This document shows, in pieces, positions 26,843-38,099 of a stretch of DNA of 64,000 nt. Location: positions 5,828,001-5,892,000 of the forward strand of contig JAYWIR010000001.1 in the NCBI GenBank assembly GCA_036172245.1, written 5' to 3'. A program made the position numbers and the translations under genes. The stretch's first letter is position 1. The number at the start of each line of letters is the position of its first letter. The stretch comes from Raillietiella orientalis (Eukaryota). The notes below the pieces were generated by a model. The model made no database searches. It was given only the letters and a program-made list of their open reading frames with translations, and was not told the origin of the DNA.

Positions 26843-27558
26843 CTAAGGAATCTCTTTTCGTAATCGCTCACTGAGACGACGCTGAGCTTGCAATTGCTGA
26901 AGTTTTTTTTCACATTTCATCTGTTCATTCATATTTTGCAGAGAAAGATTGCAATTGACTTGTGGTAAGCACATTTGATGTTGCTTATTCATGAGCGTTA
27001 GTTCTTCCCGTTTGGTTTTCCAATATTTTTGGCGTTCTGTGACATCAATCAATGGCTTTGCTGTCATGGAACATGGTGGGTTAGATGGCATTGTAGTGGG
27101 CACACGTTCAGTTGTCTCGCTAACATCTAAAGTACAGAAATCTTGTTTTGTTTCAATTCAACGTTTCACCTGCATCTTTTGAGCTGTGTGCTATTCTACG
27201 TGACTCTTCCCATTCCATCTGATCTTTGCTTCTGGCAATAGCGATTTCCACCGCCTTTTCTTGATCAAGAAGGGAATCCAGGTGCAATCTATGTTCTTCT
27301 AATGAAATTCTGGAAAAAAAAAAAACAACAAAAAAAAAAAACAATTAGCCACATGTAAGCTTGCACTCAAGGAAATCATAACCTCATTTAAAATCATTAC
27401 TTAATTATTCTATCCATGATCTCATCATCGCCTTCAGAATGTGAAATCAGCTTTCCTGCAGATTGCTTAGGAATTGACTCGTTGTTTTTCAAAATTTTGC
27501 ACATCATCATGTTTTCAAAGGTTTCGTAATCCTCAGAAGAATTGATTTCTTGAATACC
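26843..27558 (-). CDS. CFAP36: Cilia- and flagella-associated protein 36 (CCDC104/BARTL1)-like, 5' end disrupted or uncertain. Exons complement(27401-27558, 27170-27309, 26843-27126)
   Basis: GIQEINSSEDYETFENMMMCK (~end of BART domain, LAAEDF.IFK.MMVQK), EIMDRIIKISLEEH (~ILREVLRKSKEEY), VTERQKYWKTKREEL (~LRQREHYLKQKRDKL) and QAQRRLSERLRKEI* (~LKRRLLAEKLKEEV). GT-AG introns of 91 and 43 nt keep frame. The first in-frame ATG is at 27510 (177 aa). Confidence 0.75.
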
Positions 27559-27789
27559 CTTAAATCGTATTCTTTTTACTAAGCACTCTACTCATTTAAG
27601 AGCTTACATTCAAAGTTCATTAAACAAGTTCAGACAAAGGTTTGACTCCCGTTTTGGAAATTGACGGTGAAGCACGTCGGTCAAGTAATGGGGCTAAAAG
27701 ATTTGGCTTACTAAGAAAAATGAGTTCCACCCACACCGTCATCAAGTATTGTGTGTGTGAGCATACAGATGTATGTGTAATGACCACAT

Positions 27790-29072
27790 CCTATCTTAAG
27801 AAGCAGCCGGAATGAAAGGCCTTCATTCAGAGTGCTTTGTTTTGTGTTTCGTGTGTGTTTGAAGAAGCCTTCGCATCCCACGGGCGATGAATCGGAAAAG
27901 GTCATGGGTGGACACATCTCCCAATGCAAAAAGCTCGCGGGAGAGACGCGCGCGAGTCCCCCAAAGTTGAGCTGTCCTCTACGGCTGAAGAACATTTGAA
28001 TTCCCGGCGGAGTTGTGTGTGTTTGGAATGCTTGGTTGCTGCGTTTGCCTGTTCCTCAAGCACTTGCCGAGCACGTTCCCCGTGTGGAAGTGTCCTGGTG
28101 CGCGCGCCTCATCAGCCGTGGGAAGAAGGTGGCAGAGACTCTTTCGCCCGGGGAAAATCGTAAAGATGCAAAAGTGGTCAGGATCACGCCCTTGGCAGTA
28201 GCTTGCCGGCCCGTTGCCAGGAACTTCCGATGGGAATTCGGAACGTGAATCTTGATGAGTTCCCTCCCTGTTCCGGCCTCTCATCTTTTTTTCTGTGGGT
28301 CCATCGTGTTCGGCAAGCCAATAAGGTTTGTTCCTGTTGACCGTCGTTTCCGCGTTACTCCGGAACTCACCTCAGACGCTTCCCGAATTCTTGAGTGTTG
28401 GCGACGGCTGGAGCCGCCGGAACCGCGCGGTGAGTGTGTTCCCATGTGTGCACGCCTGCACGCGCGTGCGTCTGTGTCGGTGTACACTTACCTGCTTGCA
28501 GCCCCTCTCCGTAGGAGAAAAGGTCCTCTTCAGTTGCAACCTGGTGCTGCAGCAAAGACGAGCACTTGCATCCCTGCTGCACGGGAAATGTCATTCTCGG
28601 ATGCTTCTCATCGAAAAGAAAAGCAGCTGCCAGATGTCACGCATTGCATGCATCGTTTAAGTTGTGTATCTGCTGCAGGCCCGATGAGGTGCTCCGGAAA
28701 TCGATCAGCAGGAAACACCGGAACGCGGGAACCCGTGTTTCGCAAGCACAGAGGGAAAGGGATCTTCGGTGCCGACGATCTACTGGGCACAGTTCGCGCC
28801 GGACAGGAGACCAGAAGAGAAGGCTAAAAAGAAAAAAGAAAAAAAAAAAGGAAAAGAAAGGGTGCTGCCCGTGTGTGGGGACGGAAAGGTACGGGAAGCA
28901 CGCGTTCTCCCACTTTCACAGAGCCTTCCAGGCGGAGGACCGCCCCGCGTATGCGTGGACACGGCTCGTGCTGTGCTGCAGGTCGATGAAGGACGGTGTC
29001 GCCTAAAGACGTGCCAATCCACGGTGCCATCGAACGTTACAAGCACTTTCGATGATCCCAAGGGAAAACGCT
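27790..29072 (-). pseudogene. Heavily decayed WW-PDZ-FERM (FRMPD4/Preso-like) gene relic
   Basis: Colinear minus-strand fragments: ERFPLG..KVLVTFDG (WW-like), GSRVPV..RF...GPAAD and NDISRAAGMQVL (PDZ-like), KRLR|NKP..LAE (linker), LIKIHVPN...TAKGVILT (FERM F1), LARVS/THDLFR/PVGCEGFF and LSFRLLL (FERM F1-F2). Donor-like sites cag|gtaagt (~28491) and gag|gtgagt (~28370). Many frameshifts. Confidence 0.45.
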
Positions 29073-30379
29073 CTGCCAAAACATACATGGGATAACATCA
29101 CAGCCCCTGGTCGTCATGGATACGAACAAGTTGTGCATGCTAATGTTTCTCGTCCACGGTGTCCGTGAAAGTTAATGCCAAGGGCCGCTCATATTAATAT
29201 ATAATTTGTGTGTGTATGTTTGTTCCACGTTAGCATTTCCGTTGCAAGCAACCAACACAGGACATTTTATTCCTGCCCTGCATCATAGGAGAGTTTAGGG
29301 CAAGTGCCAGTCGTGGGCCGGTGCGACCCATGATTGGAGTCTTTGGACTGGGCGCACTTCCAGCGTGCGACGCGACTCATCCGATGAGTCATGGCAATCA
29401 ATTAGCATCAGTAGAAGGGGAAGGGCAGTTTCAGTAAGAGGTTTGTCTCTTGGACCACGTCGACGAATTGTGGCTTTGCATTCTAGAGTATCTGCATGGG
29501 ACAGGTTTTCCTTTTTTTTTTTTTCTTTTTTTTTCCCCTAACAGTTCCCCACCATTCACACTTTAGAAGAGTGAGACAGTTTGGGATTCAAAAAATATCG
29601 ACAGACCTCGAGAAATGGGGCAGCAACTTGCACATGCGCCATCTCTTCGCAAAGGGCTTGGAATTGATCGTTCGGTACTTTGAAATCGCGGAAGAAGTTT
29701 GTCAGGATGCAGTCCACCTGGAAGCAGTTTTCATTTGCAGATTAGCCCGGTGCGCGCGCTGACGAGGCTTGGGGAGAGGGGGAGGGCGGGAGGAGGGGGG
29801 GGGGAGAGGGAAACCATCGTGCCAGCGAGGGTGTTGGCGTCCTGAGCACGTTCCCCCCGTAGGGATCTCAACTTGAGGAAACACTTCGCCCGAGCGACCG
29901 CCATTCCCGCCCGCTTCCCCACATGTGTGTGCGGTGCACGGGGGAGGAAGCGTGAGGCGTGCGTTGCTCCGCGACCGTCTCCTGATGACGGCGTTCGCTG
30001 CTGCTGCTGTGCAAATCGCATAAAGTGAGCTCTAATGCTTGCAGTAGGTGCATGGCTAACAAATGACCACTTGACATTAGAGAGCTACCGCAGGAAGAGT
30101 GTGCGATCGAGGGGCGCCAGCAAGGGATTTCCTTTCATAATAGAATCCTTACCAATGTTTTGTATTCTTCGAAAGCCTTCAGTCTTTCTTCCTTATTTGA
30201 TTCGCCTTCCGATAAAAATACTTCGGGGGGGGAGAGGGAAAAGAAGAAGAAGAAAAAAAAAAAATACAGCCATATATTAGAACTGGATCAAGCAAAAAAT
30301 GGACAGATATGTACACACACTCTCTATAAATATACGAATAGAAAAACTTTTAAGCAAGTACTTAAACTTTTTTGCTCCA

Positions 30380-31100
30380 CGAAGTTGGATATGGAATTCT
30401 GCCATAGCGGTCCTTGGAAAAAGTTCAGCAGCAGCTCTCGCAGCCATGTGCATTCCTCGGGGTTGGTCATGTCTCGACTGGTTGAACGTTGTGGGCACGG
30501 ACGCGCGTCCCGCCGCGTTGGCCGATGGATTATCGATTGGTAGAGTGGCGGCAAGAAGAGTGAGACTTCCAGAGAGCGCTTCCAGAGAAGCATCAATTAT
30601 GGATGCCGCGCGCGCGGACCCCGCGGCACCGTGGTAGGCCGCGCTCCGGCACACACGGGGTCGGCGTGGGAACGGGAGCGAGCCTCGGGCTGACCCGGCA
30701 GGAACGTTCCCCTCTCAGGTCCCCCCCTCTGTTGCCGAATTTTTCCCTTCGCGGAGAAGACGGCGCCCGGAGGATTGCGGTCCTTACGTACGACTCCGGC
30801 GCGGTAACGGGACGCGCAGCTGAGGGATCCGCCGAGGGTCCAGTTCCTCCAGGAAGGGAATCGTGGGGGCGGGCAGGAACGCCTCCGGGACACGCGGAAG
30901 AGCAGCGGACCGCCCTCGAGCTTCCGCGCAGCAGCCCTTCGCCCCGTCACTGAGGGACCCAAAAGAGCACAGCACCTGATGCGCCGATGACGGGAGCCAC
31001 TGCGGGGGCGGGGTATCGACACTCCGGCCAGAACCATCCCGGGAGGGGGGGAGGGCGCTTCCGGCTCCGCGTCTAGGGCCACCTTCGGGGCAGCCGAACG
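30380..31100 (+). mobile_element. Decayed gag/ORF1-like remnant, partly duplicated in inverted orientation at 36448-36639
   Basis: Reads RRVRLPESASRE...PLLPNFSLRGEDGARRIAVLTYD followed by a degenerate knuckle. 30909-30949 is the exact reverse complement of 36543-36583. Confidence 0.45.
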
Positions 31101-31781
31101 CATCAGGGAAACGGAGGTCCGTCCCGCCGCGTGCAGCTCGCGTGCCTCGGGAACAGAAGGTGGATCACCCGCTGGGGTGCGGTCCGGGAAGCGAAACGCA
31201 GGGAAACGGCATGTCTGGGTCGCGGTGAACCGCTCTTGGGGGCACCGCCTGCAGAAAAGAAACCGCTGAGAAGCGCCTCCTCGTCACTGCCCGTCTTGTT
31301 GTTGTCTTTGTCGTAGCCGCTGTTGGTGTCTTCCCTGCTGCCTCTGTCGCGATTGCCATCATGGGTCTCGTCGTCTCTGTCGTTCTTGCCATTCTCGCCA
31401 CTATCTTCGTTGAGGTTGTCTTCCTTCTTACCACCATTGTAGTGCTGCTGTTATCGTTGTATCGTTGTTTCCTTGACTGGGAGAAGACTGCAGTGTCGCC
31501 CTGCCACGAGGGAAGATGGCAGACCGCCGCGACCCAGGAAGTCTCAGTAGACCACCCCGAGGGTGGTAGTGGGGCCACCCCGTTCCCGCGAGGGCCCGAG
31601 ACGGCCGAAGTTGTCGGCTCCTCGCCCTGACCCGCAACCGCCGCCCGGTCTCACTGGCTGCATCTCCCGCGGTACTGGGATCCACGCCCAAGGCGGCAAC
31701 TCCCAGGGTAGAGAGGCACGGGATTCCCCGTCTGCGGGTGGACGTTATGGACGTCTCCGTAGTTACATAACAGTTACTTAA

Positions 31782-32318
31782 CCCTTTGAGTGCTCTGGAC
31801 GCATAGATGCGTCCGACGAAAATGATCGGCGTGGACTATGGACACTCTGTATATGCGTCTGGCAAATGTTTTTACTTTGTACGCGCGACAAGAGTTAACA
31901 CTATCAATGCTTGAGATGGTCGCATGCACTTACCTTCTCATAATTACCTTAGCAACGGCAGCAAACAAAATTCTATTTATATCGGCAAACTGTTCTCGGT
32001 TTTTCAGTCATCTCTCTGAAAAACCGCGAGTTACATAATATTATGGTGGTGTCGTATGCAATTTATTACATTATGCCGCACCCAAATGAATTACTGATTG
32101 TATTGGAATTGTAATTTTTAAATGAATAATATATGTTTGGGAAAAATGAAAATGCTCTATGTAATGTGGTATAAATAAATGATGAGAATAGTAACTTCAG
32201 AGCTTCATAGAGTCAGGCTGTACACGAAAAAGCGTTCCGCCCGCAGAGGTCGCGGCTGCGACCCGCGTGCCGTCGACACAGAATCAGTTTCAATCTGATG
32301 AGCTCCGCACCCAAAGGA
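31782..32318. mobile_element. Putative non-autonomous piggyBac-like MITE (~537 bp)
   Basis: Left end TTAA|CCCTTTGAGTGC with subterminal palindrome GGACGCATAGATGCGTCC. Right end GCACCCAAAGGA|TTAG (10/12 inverted match, degenerate TSD). AT-rich non-coding interior within GC-rich flanks. Confidence 0.5.
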
Positions 32319-32799
32319 TTAGACTCACTCATCCGCTTAGCAGGGTGCATACATGGCGACTGCAGATTCGTTTTGTGTCACCCACTGATTTAGCACCGCG
32401 CGCCTATTTAAGAATTTGTGCATTTCTTTCTTTCTTTGTTCACGGGGCCGCTGCATTGGCAGGACTTGTCCGGCGACCCTCAGGAGCTGCCTGGCCGCCG
32501 ACTCGCTTCCCGTTCTTTTGCGCTTCTTTCGCTCGAAGGGACGTCGCGTGTCGCTGGGGTCGCACGGCCCTCCCCGTTCCGCGTCAAGCAGCCTTTGCGC
32601 CGCCAGTGGTCTCTCGTCCGTCACTGGCGGCTCCACTGCCGCACCGCAAACGACAGCTCCTCTCTCTCCCGCCCCGGACTGCCCCTGCCGGCGGGAGCAT
32701 TGCCTCGTCGAGCCGCTGGTCCCGGTCCCCTTCCTCTCGGCCCGTCCCGAGTTCTCCCGCCCTCTCTTCAGGGAGAGATTTTCACCCGGGATCGCCAGG

Positions 32800-32950
32800 G
32801 CGTTTACTGAATTCAACAAACATTACAGTATGATAGAGCCATTGGTCCTATCAGGTTCTGCCCTTTCTGCAGCTTGCCAGGCGTCCGGTGCGCAGACTGG
32901 AGGATGGCCTCGATAGCAGAGGGGATGGGAAAAAGAAAAACAAAAAAATA

Positions 32951-33009
<59 letters not shown>

Positions 33010-34310
33010 AATGTTAATAGAGTCTGGGGGTACGGGAAGTCTGGGGGTACTGCCTGCCGGTGGCCGTCCTTTCCAGGATGCTAGCAAGTTCTTTTCTCGT
33101 ATTCTCCAGGTGAGTCCATTTCATTGTCTTTCGTAAGAAACGTAGGGTGAAATTGATAGCGCCCTGCTGCTTCCTCCTCCACTGGCGTCGCTCCACGCCG
33201 CCACAATCCCGCGTAGGCAGCAAAGCGCTGCTAGGGATGCAGCCGGTGGCAACGCTTAGAGCACAAAGAGGGGTCCTTGGGATTACCAAGTCCTTGTCCT
33301 TGGGGTCCGAAGGGTCGTCGTTGCAAAGCGTCTCCACAACATTGGCAGGGCAATGCCGTCTACAAACAGGTGCGGGAGGGTTTTCCACGTTCTCCGCACC
33401 TGCTGCAATTCAGGTCCACACAACCTCCGGATCCAGAGATGTCGGCGTGCGTTGCATGGGAGGCACCAGTGCAACAGCAGAAGCGCCGACTCCCGCCACT
33501 TGAGAGGGAGGGTGCGGTGGTTCAAGAGCGCTGGGGGCCACTCGAGATCCTCACGGTGAACACTCAGCAGCTCTCCCCAACACATAACTCCCTTTGGCTG
33601 GAGGCTCGGGGTCGCAGCATCGGTTAGCTGGCCCGTGGCCCAACCAGTGAGCGTCCTGTTTCTGAATGAAATCTCGCAGAAAACTTCTTATTTCGCTGGT
33701 AGGTTGCTGCTGCCGAGATGTTCCCTCAGGGAAGGCAGCGCCGCGTCAAGGGAAGTCCGTCCTGCCCACGCGCACTCGGTGGAATGCACCAAGTGATCTC
33801 CTGGAGCGAGCAGTCGTAGAAGGAGTGCAGCAGTCGCTGCCGTAACTCCAGGCTCGGCTCGTTGATCTTCGCCCAAGAGCGCAAGGTTTCCTGCAGCCAG
33901 GCACTGCCGTTCGCGGGGCGACAGGAGATCCAGTTGTTCTCCCTGGTCAGTGCAGCTATCCGCCGCAGTTGCAGCCCTCAATGGGACACGTCGTGGCGGC
34001 GCCGTACAAGGAAAGAGAACAGTCCCTCGCAGTCGACGGCTCTTCTGGCCAGGAGACGTGCCGGTTCGCACCAGTGGGTGCCCCAGAGCTTGTCCACTAG
34101 CGCTAAAGTTCTCCATTGGAGCTGCAGCCCCAAGCGCTCCAGTGTCAGGAGGTCGAAGCCACCATCGCGCCGCGGAGCACACAAGTCCTCGAGACGGATT
34201 CGGGACCTCCCTTTGCTCCACAGGGCGGTTCGGAAGGGGAGGCTCCGTAAAAAGCTGGCTAGTCATCCGCGCCCCCGCAGCACGGGCGACAAGCGGACGC
34301 GCGACCTGCA
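32800..34310 (-). mobile_element. L1/Tx1-like LINE 3' fragment (copy B), pseudogenised
   Basis: Reads TALWSKGRSRIRLEDLCAPRRDGGFDLLTLERLGLQLQWRT, WLQETLRSWAKINEP, WGELL...LLLLHWCLPCNARRHL...TLPHLFVD and SSALLPTRDCGGVER. 3'UTR is similar to copies A and C. Confidence 0.8.
32955..33008. repeat. Compound (AC)n(AT)n microsatellite within the LINE 3'UTR
   Basis: Read directly. Confidence 0.95.
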
Positions 34311-34559
34311 CGTTTGTTTAGGATGAATGATGAATTTATTTATTTGTTTATTCCTTTTTCTCTTTTTTTTTACTTCACATTAGACGTCCATTGAAAGCGT
34401 TGTTTTATGTAACATCTCCCGGAGGTTATATGCCGTCGCGCGCTTCGTTGGCATTCATTGACGCCGCAGGTCACCTTGCGATTCATTCGGCATGTGTTCG
34501 TTGGCGGCAGACTCTGGGCCGTGCATTTGCTGACGTTGCGCACTTCGTGCTCTGAGACG

Positions 34560-35310
34560 AGCTACTGGGGATTCCCCAGGAAGACCTCGAGCGGCCCCCA
34601 GTGCCGAGAAACTCTCCGCGTCCTTTCTCTTAAGTAGTAGGAGTCGGCGATCCCGCTGTCGCCTTGGGGCTTCCTCGTGCAACGTCCGCCGACGTCACTG
34701 GACCCGGGGTGTGTGTGGATCCGAACTGCAGCAGGTGCGGAGAGAGAGAGCCCCTCCCGCACCTGCCTGTGGATTGTGCTACCCTCCGGCCCCTGCGGGA
34801 ACGCTTTGCCGCGACCCTGAGCCTCCCCGAAGGCGACCCCAGGGACGTTCTCAAGCGCCTCCTTGATGCGTGACGCCCTGACGCCAGCAGCGTCGCCAGC
34901 AGCACTTTGCTGCCTTCTCGGGATCGTGGCTTACTGGAGCAACACCGAAAGAAGAGGTCTCAACGGATAGAGTCGCGTCATCCACTTTGCAGTCCATTTT
35001 CTCAGGATCGCAACGAGGTGGTCCCTTCTGGGAACGATCCAGCAGGAACTTGCCGGCATCCTGGCAAGGGTGCAGAGGACGCCCTCCAGCAGAATGTGAT
35101 CCCTTCCCGATTCCTCCATAGGTTTTTTAATCTATTTATATATACTTTGATTTTCTTTTTATTTTTGCTTGCTTCCCCCCTCCCCCCTGCTGCCGCAGCG
35201 AACCTCACCAGCCTGCATGCACGCCGGCTTCGCGGCAGGATCCACCTGTAAGGCCGACTGAACTTCCTGCCGCCGCTTTTTTAAATTTGTGTTTTTCGGA
35301 AATAAACGCA
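34560..35310 (+). mobile_element. L1/Tx1-like LINE 3' fragment with intact CCHC finger motif (copy C)
   Basis: DPNCSRCGEREPLPHLPVDC = CX2CX7HX4C, the ORF2 C-terminal finger of L1/Tx1-type elements. Also SSTLLPSRDRG. AATAAA at 35301-35306. Confidence 0.75.
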
Positions 35311-36444
35311 CCCTTGCGCAGCCCGGGTGGAAAGACTTTGCGCGTGAAACTGTGAGCATGCGTGCTGCTCACGACGGAGTGGACGCCCCCGTTCCTCCTT
35401 CCCGGAAGCGTTTAGGGAAGATGCGATGCGGACGCGTCGAGCTGACCGCTCGCTAGTCGAACCCGACGGCCTTCCTTTGTGACGCGGCGCGGGCACCGAG
35501 CCCTTACGACTAACCCGGAGGACAGCGTTCGACTAACGCCGCCTCCGAGCGTGAGACTTCGCGCATGCGCGAAAAGGCGATGCTTTGAAGCGCGCGCGCC
35601 TTTTTTTTTTTCGCTTCCTTTTTTTTTTTTTTTTCTAATTCCCTTTTCCCACCCAGCCCGCAGCCGCGCTCTGGACCCCAAAGTTCCTGCGGGATCTGCA
35701 CGACGAGGCGTACTCTGGTCCTGCCGCGCGTGCATGCTCTGGAAGCGCTGAAAGGGTTTCACAAGTAACCCCTCCCCTCCTCTTCCTCTGCCTCTCCCCC
35801 TCACACACAGCACAGCCGGGCGCAACCACCTGCACGGAAGTGCTGGTGGTGGTGGCCAGGGGGAGGTTCCTGACTTCTGTGTTCCTGGACGACGGCAACG
35901 CGAGGCGGGCGGCGCGCTGCCGGGGTGCTGGATGACGAAGGGGGAGGGGGCTAGAGGAAGGCCCTCAAGAGAGGAACAAATAGGAGAGCGGCCTCTCGCC
36001 GATGACGAGCCCCAGGGGCCTGCAGATCTTTCGCTTGGCTGCTCTGAGGCACCCATCCGCCGGATTCCAAAAGAGAGTGCCTGAGGAGAGCTCGGCGGGT
36101 GACGGGGGCCGAAGAGGAAGGTTCTTGCGGTGCTCCGGTCTTCGCTTGCAGCTAACGGTGACTTCCCTCGCTTCTGGAGCGACTGAGATCGATTTTCCCG
36201 CCCTTTGCAGGAGAGCAGAGATGGCCGGAGGAGAAAGGAGCAGCAGGAGAAACGGATGATGGCGGTGGTGATGAGGAAGAGGAGGAGGACAGGAGGAAAT
36301 AGAAGAGGAAGAAGGGAGGAGGAGGAAAGGAGAAAGAAGAGAAAGTGGAAGAGGAAGGGAGAAGGAGGAAAGGGCGAGGAGGAAGGTAAGGAGAAGAAGG
36401 GAAAAGGGCGAGGAGGAAGAGAAAGAAGACAGGAGGAGGAAGCC

Positions 36445-37560
36445 CCTCCCCCGGGATGTTTCTGGCCGGAACTGTCGACGCCCGCCCCTCAGTGGCTCCC
36501 ATCATCAGCGTATCAGGTGCTGTGCTCTTTGGGGTCCCTCAATGACGGGGCGAAGGGCTGCTGCGCGGAAGCTCGAGGGCGGTTCGCTGCTTTTCCGGGT
36601 GTTCTGGAGGCGTTCCTGCCAGCCCCCGTGATTCCCTTCTGCCGCAGCAGTCCTTCCACATCGCAGGAGCGACGGGGAGGCAGGGTTGCCACCATCCCGC
36701 AGAGGGTGCACTCCTCAGGAGCTCGCCACGCTGAGGCGCGCGGTGGCGCTCCTCGATCCGAAGGAGACAGTCCGGTACACCCACCGCATGTTGGTGGCCA
36801 GCTGGCAACGAAGAGGAAAGACGGAGTCTCGTAGTTTCCTCCCGCAGGGGATTCCGAAAGACTCGATCCCCCCCCTCCCTTTGCAAGCCCTGAGCGGAGA
36901 GGTCTTTAATGACGTCTGCCGTTTGGCAGCGGACACGCTCCCCCGTGCTCGGGCAGGGACGCTTTCGGTGCATCCATCTCTGCCTCGAACTGCTGGTGCA
37001 GAAGAGGAAGCGCAAGGCGTCTTCCGTGGTCTCGGGCAGAAGCCATGGAAACAGCCCAGCTGACGTAGAAGAACGCTGACGTAGGAGCGCATCGTTCCTC
37101 GCTGTCCCTCATCACGAGCTCACGAGGGCGCGCGCGGAAAGGGTCCAGGGAGGAGCGGGAGAAGAGAGCGGAGGAAAGGGAACGCTCTCTTCTTCTTTCG
37201 TCTTTCTAGAGACCACGGGCTGCACCGGCGCTCCCCGAAACAGTGGAGGCTGCTGCGTACTCGCCCGGTGGCAACCGCAACGTCATCCGGATCCGGGGAT
37301 CTCTGCAGCACCCGTTGGAAGTGCCCCCCGCGCAGCCTTGGAGACCTCGCCATCCTCAAGCGGTAGAGTTCCACAGGAGCTCGATCTTTGGACCTCTGCA
37401 TCCGCGCAAGTCAAGACGAGGTCGGAGGACTTCTGGGAGGTCTGTGGAGGTCCTCTGGAAGACTCTGGGCAAGTCAAGCAGGCGAACCCGCCAACCCGGA
37501 AGATGCTCTTCCTCTTTCTCCTGCTGGGAAACTCTGCGCTGAGGGCGCGCTCTCGCTGAC
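36445..37560 (-). mobile_element. Decayed gag/ORF1-like remnant, convergent with LINE copy C
   Basis: Reads SSDLVLTCADAEVQR (RRM-like), GVPDCLLRI and RRSCDVEGLLRQ (degenerate knuckle). The downstream ~190 bp is closely similar to 30853-31045 in inverted orientation. Confidence 0.45.
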
Positions 37561-38099
37561 CCGCCCCGCGTCACCATCCCCTCCTAGATGAACTCCACCG
37601 CCGTGACCACGGATTGATTGGACGTATGGCCGCATCGGCCACGCGGGGCTTTTTCACAACCTGCAGCCCCTGAATCTGGTGGTGAGGAGTTGCGGAAGAG
37701 GAGGGAGCTGCTCCCAGAGGTACTCCGTCGCGCGGGACGGACGGGGACGCGTCGGAGTTCCGGCTCGCGAGGGTCTCGAAGGCTGGGGATGCCGCGCACG
37801 GGATAAGAAATGAGGGGGGGGGGACCAAAGGGGAGGGCGTTGGTGTTTAAGCACCCGCTTGAATGGCTCCGTGTGCCTCCCGAAGGGGATCCGGGGAGGA
37901 GCAGAGGAAGGGAACGGGGGGGAGAGAACGCGCGGTTCTTCGCCTTTCGAGAGACCACGGGTTCGTGGGAGCTCATCCTGGGGATGGACCCGGAAGGAGG
38001 AAGCAGCGGACTTCCTCGATCTCTCTATCATCCATCCCACCCCTCTTTTCGAAAAGGGGGGAAGCAACGGAAACAGGGGAACAGGGAAGGGGAGACGGG

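Noticed and set aside
27711..27995. ORF as the missing first BART exon of CFAP36 (W..P...CE.F pattern)
   Set aside because: It has no compatible splice sites or frame to join the CFAP36 exons, and it fits the colinear FERM relic better.
29180..29480. Helitron-like 5' end (CATATTAATATATAA...TGTGTGTATGTTTGTTCC)
   Set aside because: No matching 3' hairpin-CTAG end was identified. The resemblance is too generic.
32290..32330. CTGATGAG as a hammerhead ribozyme core (also CTGAAGAG near 32770 on the minus strand)
   Set aside because: No correctly placed stem II followed by GAAA and no stem I/III pairing could be built.
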